Shown: positions 20,944 to 30,389, counted from the first letter of the stretch. The stretch is DNA of 35,410 nucleotides from Fidelibacterota bacterium (GCA_034723415.1 JAYEOX010000135.1:1-35410), one strand, 5' to 3'. The notes: generated from the letters alone by a model not told the origin. Numbers and translations are program-made.

Positions 20944-21972
20944 TTGCAGCAAATAATCCATGTGTTTAAACATGCATTAATGATAACAGGATTCGTTTTT
21001 ACGATGATGTTAATTATTGAATATATTAATGTTCAAACACATGGGTTATGGCAAAGAAATATCTCTAAAAGTATTTGGAAACAATATTTATTGGCAGCTT
21101 TGTTGGGAGCTATTCCCGGATGTTTGGGTGCTTTCACAGCAGTTGCACTTTTTACTCATCGGCTAATTTCACTCGGTGCATTAGTGACGGCAATGATAGC
21201 TACAAGCGGCGATGAAGCATTTGTTATGTTATCAATGTTTCCACAAAAAGCAATTATTTTGACATTTATAATTGTTGTAATAGGAATTTTAGCAGGATTT
21301 ATAACAGACAAACTGCCTTTTTCAAAATCATTTAAGAATAGTTTAAAATCAAACAAATTACCATTGCACAAAGAAGAAAAATGTAAATGCTTACCACAAA
21401 ACCATTTCTTTGAAAATATGAAAACTCCTTCTACACAACGAATTTTGTTGATCGTTATTGTATCGATATTTTTATTAGGTACAGTTATTGGAGAAATTGG
21501 TCCTCAAAAATGGAATTGGATTAAGATCACGATTCTAATTACCTCATTTTTATCACTTTTCATAATTGTTACAGTCCCGGAACATTTTTTGAAAGAGCAT
21601 CTTTGGAATCATATTGTAAAAATTCACATTCCGAGAATATTTTTATGGATATTTGGAACCCTTCTTACAATTCATATTCTCATGCAATTTATTGATGTTC
21701 AATCTTGGATCGCGGGTAATTTGTACTTAGTTCTTTTTATTGCACTTGTTGTTGGTATTATTCCTGAATCCGGTCCGCATTTAATGTTTTTAACATTATT
21801 TGCAAACGGAACAATCCCATTTAGTATTCTACTTGCAAGCTCAATCGTTCAAGATGGACATGGAATGTTACCTCTACTTGCAGAATCAAAAAAGGGATTT
21901 TTTACGGTAAAAGCAATAAATATTGTTTTTGGAGCAGCAGTTGGATTTATTGGTTTATTATTAGGATTTTGA
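20944..21972 (+). CDS. Putative heavy-metal (Mn/As) permease, DUF2899-like
   Basis: Multi-TM protein with GAIPGCLG, ATSGDEAF, IPESGPH and QDGHGMLPLL motifs. TTG start with AAGGAG. Confidence 0.7.
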   Translation: MQQIIHVFKHALMITGFVFTMMLIIEYINVQTHGLWQRNISKSIWKQYLLAALLGAIPGCLGAFTAVALFTHRLISLGALVTAMIATSGDEAFVMLSMFPQKAIILTFIIVVIGILAGFITDKLPFSKSFKNSLKSNKLPLHKEEKCKCLPQNHFFENMKTPSTQRILLIVIVSIFLLGTVIGEIGPQKWNWIKITILITSFLSLFIIVTVPEHFLKEHLWNHIVKIHIPRIFLWIFGTLLTIHILMQFIDVQSWIAGNLYLVLFIALVVGIIPESGPHLMFLTLFANGTIPFSILLASSIVQDGHGMLPLLAESKKGFFTVKAINIVFGAAVGFIGLLLGF

Positions 21973-22164
21973 TCATTAGCAACGAACAAAAAAATAAATT
22001 ATTTAGCAACTAACAAAAAACTAACTAAATCGAACAAAAATTAACTAAAAAATTGAAATTATAACCATCAAGAATACGAAGAATAGTGAGAAATTAACCG
22101 GACTTAAGAATAGCTAATAAAAATACGGCACAAACTATAAATTAATTCTCGGGTATCATTACTT

Positions 22165-23352
22165 ATGAACAAAAATAAAAAATTCCAATCATCAAATGCA
22201 ATAACAATTTCTTTCGCACATTTTACTCATGATCTTTATACATCTTTTTTGGCACCGATGCTTCCTTTGTTAATTAATAAATTTGGAATAAGTCTATCAA
22301 TGGCAGGATTTTTAGATGTTGCTCGAAAATTTCCCGCATTATTTAATCCGTTTATTGGAGTAATGGCGGATAAAACTTCAATTAGATATTTTGTGATTTT
22401 TACTCCGCTAATTACAGGAATTGCAATGAGTTTGCTCGGTGTCGCTCCATCTTATTCCGTTATATTAATTTTACTTTTTGTCGTTGGGATCAGTTCAGCG
22501 GTTTTTCATATTCCCTCGCCTGTAATGATAAAAAATGTATCCGGAAATAAAACGGGAAAGGGAATGAGTTATTTCATGCTTGGTGGAGAAATTGCCAGAA
22601 CTCTCGGTCCACTTTTAATAACCGCATCAATTACGATTTGGGGATTAGAAGGATCTTATAAAGTTATGTTATTGGCTTTCATTTCAACAATATTCTTATA
22701 TATTAAACTGAAAGATATTGAAGTAAACAAAAGTTATAAGAAAAAAAATATAGAATTTAGTCCAAAAGATACATTTAAAAAATTAATCCCTTTTTTTATT
22801 ATAATTACCGGGATTGCTTTATTCCGATCCTCCATGAAAGCCGCTATAACTTTATACTTACCAACTTTTCTCACAAGCAACGGAAAATCTTTATGGCTTG
22901 CAGGAATATCACTCTCTATTCTTCAACTTTCCGGTGCAGTTGGAACATTCTTAGCCGGATCAATTTCAGATAAAATAGGACGAAAATACACTTTGCTAAT
23001 TACTGCAATTGCCAATCCAATTCTTATGTGGGCTTTCATCATTTTAAATGATAGTTTTATGATCCCTATTTTAATTTTAATTGGATTTTTTCTATTTGCT
23101 TCAGGACCGGTTTTGCTTGCTTTAGTTCATGATACGGATTCGGAACATCCCGCTTTTGTAAATAGTATTTATATGACAATCAATTTTGTCATGAGTTCAT
23201 TGATGGTTTTGTTAGTTGGTTTCCTCGGAGATAAAATTGGGTTAATTTATACATATAAAATTTGTGCAATATTGGCAGCCGGTTCAATTCCGTTTATTTT
23301 GTTTTTGCCGAAAAGCATAAAACAAAAACATAAAAGAGTATCATCGAATTAA
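22165..23352 (+). CDS. MFS transporter (Fsr/fosmidomycin-resistance-like)
   Basis: About 12 TM segments, N-terminal HFTHDLY, SAVFHIP and motif A GSISDKIGRK. Confidence 0.85.
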   Translation: MNKNKKFQSSNAITISFAHFTHDLYTSFLAPMLPLLINKFGISLSMAGFLDVARKFPALFNPFIGVMADKTSIRYFVIFTPLITGIAMSLLGVAPSYSVILILLFVVGISSAVFHIPSPVMIKNVSGNKTGKGMSYFMLGGEIARTLGPLLITASITIWGLEGSYKVMLLAFISTIFLYIKLKDIEVNKSYKKKNIEFSPKDTFKKLIPFFIIITGIALFRSSMKAAITLYLPTFLTSNGKSLWLAGISLSILQLSGAVGTFLAGSISDKIGRKYTLLITAIANPILMWAFIILNDSFMIPILILIGFFLFASGPVLLALVHDTDSEHPAFVNSIYMTINFVMSSLMVLLVGFLGDKIGLIYTYKICAILAAGSIPFILFLPKSIKQKHKRVSSN

Positions 23353-23533
23353 TCGAAAGTTATTTAGACACAAATTATAATTGATGTTTGTAATAAACTT
23401 CCAAAGTTTAAAAGTATTTTATCTGATGGTAACTTTATTGTTTTTTATTTCTTATTTTTTTAAACTTCTGAATTTTAATTATAGATTACCAATTCAAATA
23501 TCAAATTTTCATTATTCATTCTCCCTTTCTTGA

Positions 23534-23580
23534 CCTGTGAAATTTAGCTTGCTGAATATTTCACTGGGTTCACTTCTCAC
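23534..23580. repeat. Imperfect hairpin plus a dispersed 20-nt motif
   Basis: Stem CCTGTGAAAT...ATTTCACTGG. TCACTGGGTTCACTTCTCAC recurs with 18/20 identity at 35232. Confidence 0.55.
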
Positions 23581-23682
23581 TTAATAATAACTTTTCTAAA
23601 AATAATGTTTTAATAATGTATTTTTATATTTAAATTATATAATTATATTGAAAGGAAACTCAAAATATAAAAGGGATACAAA

Positions 23683-24399
23683 ATGAAACGCTTAGTAATA
23701 ATTCCAACTTACAACGAAAAAGCAAATATTAAAAAATTGATAACAGATATTCAATCATTAGATATTGAAAATTTAGATGTTTTAATTATTGACGATAATT
23801 CTCCGGATGGAACCGGGAATATTGTTAAAAATATGCAGAAAGAAAGCAATAATATTCTCATTATTGAACGTGAAGGAAAACTTGGACTTGGGACCGCATA
23901 CATTCGTGGTTTTAAATATGCTTTAGAAAATAATTATGATCAAATTGCACAAATGGATGCTGATTATTCTCACGCCCCAAAAGATTTAATAAAATTATTC
24001 AAAGCAGTCGAAAAATATGATTGGGTAATTGGTTCACGTTACAAATCCGGAATAAATGTCGTCAATTGGCCAATGAGTCGTTTAATTCTCAGCTATGGTG
24101 CAAACATTTATTCAAGAATAATTACAGGAATGAAAATTAAAGATGGAACTGCAGGATTCAAATGTTGGAATAGTCGGGTACTTTCAAAAATCAAATTAGA
24201 TGAAGTAAGATCACAAGGATATTCTTTTCAAATAGAGATGAATTTTCGTGCTTGGAAAGCGGGATTTAAATTTCTTGAAGTTCCAATTATCTTTATCGAT
24301 CGTACTTTAGGCGAATCAAAAATGTCAAAAAAAATCGTTCGTGAAGCGATCTTCATGGTCTGGAAATTAAAATACTGGTCAATCACAAAAAAAATATAA
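23683..24399 (+). CDS. Polyprenol monophosphomannose synthase (GT2, DPM1-like)
   Basis: IIPTYNE, DDNSPDGT, KLGLGTAY, MDADYSH, GSRY and GYSFQIEM motifs. Confidence 0.92.
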   Translation: MKRLVIIPTYNEKANIKKLITDIQSLDIENLDVLIIDDNSPDGTGNIVKNMQKESNNILIIEREGKLGLGTAYIRGFKYALENNYDQIAQMDADYSHAPKDLIKLFKAVEKYDWVIGSRYKSGINVVNWPMSRLILSYGANIYSRIITGMKIKDGTAGFKCWNSRVLSKIKLDEVRSQGYSFQIEMNFRAWKAGFKFLEVPIIFIDRTLGESKMSKKIVREAIFMVWKLKYWSITKKI

Positions 24400-24406
24400 T
24401 TCATTT

Positions 24407-26428
24407 ATGAATTCAAATATTGATATTTCAATTATTATTGTTAGTTATAATGTAAAAGAATTTCTACATCAATGTTTACTTTCAATTGAAAAAGCTACAA
24501 ATAATATTTTAACTGAAATTTTTGTTGTCGATAATAATTCAATTGATGGAACATGTGAATTTATTCGTTCAAAATTTCCTAATATAAATTTAATTGCCAA
24601 CAATAAAAATCTAGGTTTTGGGAAGGCAAATAATTTAGCATTACAAAAAGCACAAGGAAAATACACTCTCTTCTTAAATCCTGATACTATTTTACAAGAA
24701 GATACTTTAGAAGTAATGTTGAATTATTTAGAAAAAAACACAAAAGTCGGATTAGCCGGTTGTAAAATTTTAAATTCAGATGGGACATTGCAACTTGCAT
24801 CTCGCAGAAGTTTTCCGTCTCCTTTGACCGCCTTACCAAAACTATTAGGATTAAGTAAAATATTTCCAAAAAATAAATTCTGCGGAAAATATAACCTAAC
24901 CTATCTTGATCCTGAAAAATCTTACAGTGTCGATGCGGTAAGCGGGTCATTTATGTTTTCAAGAACTGAGCTTCTAAAAAAATTAGATGGTTTTGATGAA
25001 ACATTTTTTATGTATGGCGAAGATTTGGATTTATGTTATAGAATAAAAGAGAAAAATTATGAGATCCATTATGTTGCAGATACAACAATTATTCATTATA
25101 AGGGTGAAAGTTCAAAAAATTCTCCTTTTGACAGCATAATAAATTTTTATAAAGCAATGGATATTTTCGTGAAAAAACATTTTTCAACAGGATATTTTCT
25201 ATTAACAACTCTTTTATTACGTCTTGGAATCTTTGGGCACTTGCTTGGAAGATTTTTGGGAAAATTTATCAATATGATAAAAACACCTCTTATTGATTTT
25301 TTATTTATCTATTTATCGTTTATTTTTGCTATTTTAATACGCTTTGATGAGACAAGGTGGTTTTTTGATTATCAACCGGTTATCCTATTATACGCAATCA
25401 TTTATCTTATTTTAGCAGCATTATTCGGGCTTCATAAGAGAAAAAAGATCGATTTTGTAAGAGCTTTTGGTGCAATAATTCTCGGTGGATTAATAAATGG
25501 TTCATTTACATTTTTTATGCCATTTATTGCCTATTCAAGAATTGTTTTTTCCATTTCGTTTTTATTTATACTATTATTTCTTCCCGGCTGGAGAATAATT
25601 TATTATCTGATAATCTATAAAAAAGTACTAAATAAAAGTTATACTAATAGAACTATTATTGTCGGAGCCGGAGATGAGGGGAAACGCATTGCAAAGATCA
25701 TTACAAAAAAACCGGAATTGGGTTACCTTTTTTTAGGTTTCGTAGATAATGATTTTGATGATCCGCAAACAATTTCTACAATAAGTAATTTAACTGAATT
25801 GATAAAAATTAAAAAAATTGAAAATATAATATTCAGTTCGGACAAATTTACAAGTGCCGATATTATGAGATTGATGGGCAAAATCCAACATTTATCTGTG
25901 AATATCAAAATTGTTCCGGAAAACATTAACTTGATCTATGGGAAAATGCACATCGAAAAATTGGAAGATATTTCTATTGTGGATGTTGATTACAATATTT
26001 ACAGACCCATTACAATTTTAATAAAAAGAATATTTGACATTATTTTAGCATCTTTTTTACTATTATTCTCTCCACTGAGTTATCTTGTAAAATTAATTTC
26101 AAAATATAAAACGAACACAATTCAAATTGAAAATTATTCGATTAAAGAATGGCGTTCTCAAAAAAATAATGAAATAAAATTATTTTGGTATCCAATGCTG
26201 ATCTCAATTATTTCAGGAAAAGTATCTTTCGTTGGTGATTTGATACATTTACCCGATAATATTAAAACAAGATTTTACAAACCGGGAATTACCGGATTAA
26301 TTCAAATTGAAAAATTAAAACAAATAACTATGAAAGAGCATCAAAGTTATATAAATTATTATATGAGAAATTACTCTTTGATGATGGATATAGAAATATT
26401 ATTTAAAAGTATAATAAGACAACATTAG
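24407..26428 (+). CDS. GT2 glycosyltransferase fused to a TM region, a Rossmann-like domain and a degenerate bacterial sugar-transferase domain
   Basis: N-terminal IIVSYN, VVDNNS.DG, LNPD and FMYGEDLD. Later IVGAGDEG, KRIFD, SFVG, KPGITG and DIEIL. Confidence 0.88.
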   Translation: MNSNIDISIIIVSYNVKEFLHQCLLSIEKATNNILTEIFVVDNNSIDGTCEFIRSKFPNINLIANNKNLGFGKANNLALQKAQGKYTLFLNPDTILQEDTLEVMLNYLEKNTKVGLAGCKILNSDGTLQLASRRSFPSPLTALPKLLGLSKIFPKNKFCGKYNLTYLDPEKSYSVDAVSGSFMFSRTELLKKLDGFDETFFMYGEDLDLCYRIKEKNYEIHYVADTTIIHYKGESSKNSPFDSIINFYKAMDIFVKKHFSTGYFLLTTLLLRLGIFGHLLGRFLGKFINMIKTPLIDFLFIYLSFIFAILIRFDETRWFFDYQPVILLYAIIYLILAALFGLHKRKKIDFVRAFGAIILGGLINGSFTFFMPFIAYSRIVFSISFLFILLFLPGWRIIYYLIIYKKVLNKSYTNRTIIVGAGDEGKRIAKIITKKPELGYLFLGFVDNDFDDPQTISTISNLTELIKIKKIENIIFSSDKFTSADIMRLMGKIQHLSVNIKIVPENINLIYGKMHIEKLEDISIVDVDYNIYRPITILIKRIFDIILASFLLLFSPLSYLVKLISKYKTNTIQIENYSIKEWRSQKNNEIKLFWYPMLISIISGKVSFVGDLIHLPDNIKTRFYKPGITGLIQIEKLKQITMKEHQSYINYYMRNYSLMMDIEILFKSIIRQH

Positions 26429-26452
26429 AAAATAAAAAAAGTGGAGGGAATT

Positions 26453-27742
26453 ATGAAAAAATTTGTTTTTTTGGTTTTGATTTTAACTTTGGCATTAGTT
26501 GCTGAAGATGAAAATGTAAAAACAGGTTGGAGTTTTGGTGGTGTTCCGGCTGTTGCTTATGACACCGATACGGGTTTTAAATATGGAGCTTTAGCTAATA
26601 TTTATAATTATGGAGACGGTTCAACATACCCTGAATATTTATATTCAATTTATGTTGAATGGTCACGAACAACTAAAGGAAGTGGTGTTAATGAAATATT
26701 TTTTGATTCAAAACACTTACTGCCTAAAGGGATAAGAGTAACAGCAGATCTTTCATATCTTACAGAACAAACACTTGACTTTTACGGATTCAACGGATAT
26801 GAAGCAAAATTTAACTCTGATCTTATTGACGATGATAGTAACAATCCGGATTATATCTCTCGTGTTTATTATAAACATCAAAGAGAATTATTAAAAATTA
26901 CAAGTGATTTTCAAGGACATTTATATAAAAATAATTTATTATGGGTTGGTGGGTTCGGCCATTTTGGAACTGATATTAGTTCAGTCGATATCGATAAATT
27001 AAATGAAGGAACTGACGAAGACGATATGCTGCCGGATACAACTACATTATTTGATGAATATAAAGATAACAATATAATTCCTCAAGATCAAGAAGATGGT
27101 GGTAATACAAATTTTTTAAAATTGGGATTGGTATATGATTCACGCGATAATCAGGCAAATCCGATGCATGGTATTTGGACGGAATTACTTTTTATTACTG
27201 CTCCCGATTTTTTAGGGAATGATTATTCCTATTCACAAATGGTATTTACACATCGACAATATTTTACTATTCTTCCTAAGAAATTATCTTTTGCATATCG
27301 TTTAAGTTATCAAGGAAAACTCACAGGTGAAATGCCATTTTATATGTTGCCTTATATTTTCAGTTCTTATAAAACCGTTGACGGATTAGGTGGGAAGAAA
27401 TCCATTAGAGGAACTTTACGAAATCGTATAATGAGCGACGGATTTGCTTATGGAAATGTTGAATTACGATGGAAATTTTTACGCACTGTTGTATTTGGTC
27501 AAAATTTATATTTGGCAGTAAATCCATTTGTTGATATGGGAATGACTGTAAATAGATATGATGCAAATTATGATGAAGTTAGTAACATAACAGAACAAAA
27601 TGATGAATTACATATTGGCTATGGAATAGGATTGAAAATTGCGTTAAATGAAAATTTTATTATTTCTGTGGATTACGGAATAGCAAAAGACGAACGTGAC
27701 GGAGACAGCGGATTATATATTGGCTTAGATTTTCTGTTTTAA
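26453..27742 (+). CDS. Omp85/BamA-TamA family outer-membrane beta-barrel protein without POTRA domains
   Basis: Signal peptide, YDSRDN, LGGKKSIRG (L6-loop VRG-like) and terminal LDFLF. Confidence 0.82.
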   Translation: MKKFVFLVLILTLALVAEDENVKTGWSFGGVPAVAYDTDTGFKYGALANIYNYGDGSTYPEYLYSIYVEWSRTTKGSGVNEIFFDSKHLLPKGIRVTADLSYLTEQTLDFYGFNGYEAKFNSDLIDDDSNNPDYISRVYYKHQRELLKITSDFQGHLYKNNLLWVGGFGHFGTDISSVDIDKLNEGTDEDDMLPDTTTLFDEYKDNNIIPQDQEDGGNTNFLKLGLVYDSRDNQANPMHGIWTELLFITAPDFLGNDYSYSQMVFTHRQYFTILPKKLSFAYRLSYQGKLTGEMPFYMLPYIFSSYKTVDGLGGKKSIRGTLRNRIMSDGFAYGNVELRWKFLRTVVFGQNLYLAVNPFVDMGMTVNRYDANYDEVSNITEQNDELHIGYGIGLKIALNENFIISVDYGIAKDERDGDSGLYIGLDFLF

Positions 27743-27762
27743 TAATAAAATTTAATATTTTT

Positions 27763-27796
27763 AAAAGCCATATTTTGATAATATGGCTTTTTTTTT
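27763..27796 (+). terminator. Rho-independent terminator
   Basis: AAAAGCCATATT-TTGAT-AATATGGCTTTT followed by a T tract, 20 bp after the Omp85 stop. Confidence 0.85.
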
Positions 27797-27956
27797 GATA
27801 ATTTTGTCTGTAGAATTCAGTGGAGAAAAAAATCAAAATGTTTAGAGTATTGTTTTAATACTTGAAACTTCTCAATAAAATTACTTTTCAAAAAAAATCT
27901 TTGTTTATTTAATTTTTATTATTAAATTGCAATAGTTTTTAAGATGAGAGTAATTA

Positions 27957-28742
27957 ATGAGCGCAAAAATGGAAAATGGAGTGAGATATAAATACAGAGC
28001 GGCTACTCTATTGCCGTATGGTTATTTAGAAAGATTAGATCAAAAGCGATATAGTAAGAACACAATCAATATATATACTGCATATTTCAAAGATTTTGTT
28101 AATGAATTTAGAAATCAGAAACTTTCAACATTGTCAAAGAATAGTATTAATGCTTATATTCTAAAACTAATAAAACAAAATAATATTTCTACATCACAAC
28201 AAAACCAGAGAATCAATGCTATCAAATTTTATTATGAAAAAGTACTTGGAAGAGAAAAGTAATATTATCAGGTTTACCGGCCAAGGAAAGAAAAAAAGTT
28301 ACCGATTGTATTAAGTGAGGATGAGATTATTAACATTATATGTCAAATAGAAAATTTAAAACATAAGTCAATAATATCATTAATATATTCAGCAGGATTT
28401 AGAATCAGCGAAACAATTAATTTGAAACTTACTGATATAGATTCAAAAAGAAATCTCATAACCATTAAAAGTGGAAAAGGGAAAAAAGATCGGATAACCC
28501 TACTATCAGAGACCGTTTTAGAACTCTTAAGAGAATATTATAGCAAGTATAAACCAGATAGCTATCTTTTTCAGGGGCAAAACGGTGGTAAATATTCAGT
28601 AAAAAGTATACAAAATATCTTCAATAAAGCTCTGAAAAAGTCAGGTGTAAAAAAAGAAGCGACAGTTCACACATTGAGACATAGTTTTGCAACTCATTTA
28701 TTAGAGCATGGTACAGATCTAAGGTATATTCAGGAATTATTA
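27957..28742 (+). pseudogene. Integron-like tyrosine recombinase, N-terminal and core part (inactivated)
   Basis: ORFs 27957..28262 and 28422.. are in one frame, split by a single TAA at 28260. Readthrough gives RPRKEKKLPIVLS, YSAGFRISE, GKGKKDR and HTLRHSFATHLLE..IQELL, where homology stops. Confidence 0.9.
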
Positions 28743-29030
28743 TCAGAAAATATAAATATAAGAATTATTGATCTTTATTCTATAAAACCAATTAATAAAG
28801 ATAAATTATTAGAATCTATAAAAGGAATAGATAATATAATAACAGTAGAAGATCATTATCCAGCAGGAGGATTAGGAGAATCTGTAGAATCAGTTTTGTT
28901 TTGCGAGAATAAAAATATTTTTAAAATGGCTGTAGAAAAAATACCAAGAAGCAGTAGTAAAAAAGAGGTTTTAAGTTACGAAAATATATCCAAAAAAGAA
29001 ATTGTTAACAAGGTAGAAAAGATATTATAG
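28743..29030 (+). pseudogene. Transketolase C-terminal fragment fused in frame to the recombinase
   Basis: NIRIIDLYSIKPI and ITVEDHYPAGGLGESV are Transketolase_C signatures. Confidence 0.85.
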
Positions 29031-29033
29031 ATT

Positions 29034-29273
29034 ATGTCAAAAGATTTTAGAACAATTAAAATTTATTGCGAAAAGTGTAATACCCTTTTATACGAATATC
29101 ACAAATATGGTTCTGGTCATTTGGTAAAATGTTTTGTTAATCAAATTAAAAAAGATTATACTAATAAAGAAACGATATGTCCTAATTGCCAGGAAAAGAT
29201 TGCTAGAAAAAGACAATTTCAAGGCAGAGATATTTATAAAATTATTCAAGGTAAGGTTTATGTAAAAAAATAA
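29034..29273 (+). CDS. Small hypothetical protein with two CxxC motifs (putative zinc ribbon)
   Basis: 79 aa with CEKC and CPNC. Starts 3 nt after the transketolase stop. Confidence 0.7.
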   Translation: MSKDFRTIKIYCEKCNTLLYEYHKYGSGHLVKCFVNQIKKDYTNKETICPNCQEKIARKRQFQGRDIYKIIQGKVYVKK

Positions 29274-29299
29274 GAATATTTATTAAATTTAGTATTATA

Positions 29300-29359
29300 A
29301 AAATAGGCATTAATAAAATCATCAGTCCCTTAGATAACTTAAATATAAGGAAAAAATAA
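29300..29359 (+). pseudogene. Detached C-terminal tail of the integron-like recombinase
   Basis: Translates KIGINKIISPLDNLNIRKK*. The 'I.SPLD' tail is typical of integron-type integrases. Confidence 0.75.
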
Positions 29360-29430
29360 ACGAAATACGTCGTATATACAACACCTGTTAGAAAAACAAA
29401 CGAAGTATATCGTATATACAAACGTTAGGC
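29358..29430 (+). other. Putative attI-like recombination site (tandem direct repeat)
   Basis: Two related units: AAACGAAATACGTCGTATATACAACACCT-GTTAGAA and AAACGAAGTATATCGTATATACAAAC-GTTAGGC. The second GTTRRRY core starts the first cassette. Confidence 0.7.
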
Positions 29431-30389
29431 GAAATTTCAGAAGAGGTTATATCAAATGAAAAGTAGAGAGCTTAAATATAGAATAAACTGGCAAGATACA
29501 TGGAAGAAAATGAGGAGCGAGAGAATTAGAAAACTCACAGTAACGTATGACAGGGATTTCCAAATAAAATCTAACGAAGATTTTTCAAATCGTTATAAGT
29601 GGAATGATTACGAATCTGGAAGAAAAGCGGTAAATATATTAGGAGATATTTTAAATAAAGATGCCGAAGTTCTTGAAATCGGTCCTGGTCCCGGAACTTT
29701 AACAGTTCCCCTTTCTGAAAAAGTTAGAAAAATCACTTGTGTAGAGGCTTCAAAGACAAATTTAGAGATCTTAAAGAAAAATTTGAAGGAAAACGGGATT
29801 AAAAACTACGAACTGATAAATGACTATTGGGAAGTAACTAAAATTGGAGATAGGTTTGATTTGGTCGTATGCTCACATTTTCTTTGGCAGGTTGAAGATA
29901 TTGAGGAACATTTGAAAAAAATGGAAAACGCTTCAAAAAAATATTGTGCAGTGATACAACCCTGTGGAAGAGATGAAGTAGTTAAGAAGGCTTTTGAAGA
30001 GATTTGTAAAGAGAGATACACAGGACAATTTGAAGCGGATGCAGAGTATTTTCCTTATGTAATTTTAAGGGAATGGTCAAGATGTTTAGATGTTCGCCAC
30101 TTCGAATATTCCTTTGAACTTAATCTTGAGGAAGGTATTAGGTACATAGCAAGTTACTTGGGAAAATTCATAGACGTTAATGAACAAGTCGCAGATAAGA
30201 TAAAGAGGTTTTTAATAGCCGAAGTGGGCAAACATTGGGTGATAAGAGATAACGCAATTGTTATGTGGTGGAAACCAGGAAAATGAGAGGAACAAAACTT
30301 CGCCTAACAACGGATATGAAGTTTCACTCCCGTTGATTGTTTCACTCAAATTGTTCCCTTCAGTCGCAACTTTTCATATCCGCAAACCG
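29424..30389 (+). mobile_element. Gene cassette 1
   Basis: Starts GTTAGGCGAAAT, and ACTTCGCCTAAC near its end is the reverse complement at 11/12 positions. Contains a single ORF with only a short leader. Confidence 0.85.
29456..30286 (+). CDS. Class I SAM-dependent methyltransferase (cassette cargo)
   Basis: VLEIGPGPG motif I, CVEAS and FDLVVCSH. AGAGG RBS. Confidence 0.88.
   Translation: MKSRELKYRINWQDTWKKMRSERIRKLTVTYDRDFQIKSNEDFSNRYKWNDYESGRKAVNILGDILNKDAEVLEIGPGPGTLTVPLSEKVRKITCVEASKTNLEILKKNLKENGIKNYELINDYWEVTKIGDRFDLVVCSHFLWQVEDIEEHLKKMENASKKYCAVIQPCGRDEVVKKAFEEICKERYTGQFEADAEYFPYVILREWSRCLDVRHFEYSFELNLEEGIRYIASYLGKFIDVNEQVADKIKRFLIAEVGKHWVIRDNAIVMWWKPGK

Noticed and set aside
28260..28262. 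Stop-codon recoding or alternative genetic code
   Set aside because: TAA terminates most genes in the window and no recoding signal is visible.
28422..29030. Genuine functional integrase-transketolase fusion protein
   Set aside because: Both halves are incomplete, the catalytic Tyr is absent, there is an upstream nonsense codon, and the integrase tail lies displaced downstream.
29358..29430. Possible mini-CRISPR array
   Set aside because: Only two imperfect units, no spacer of proper length and no cas genes. Better explained as an att site.
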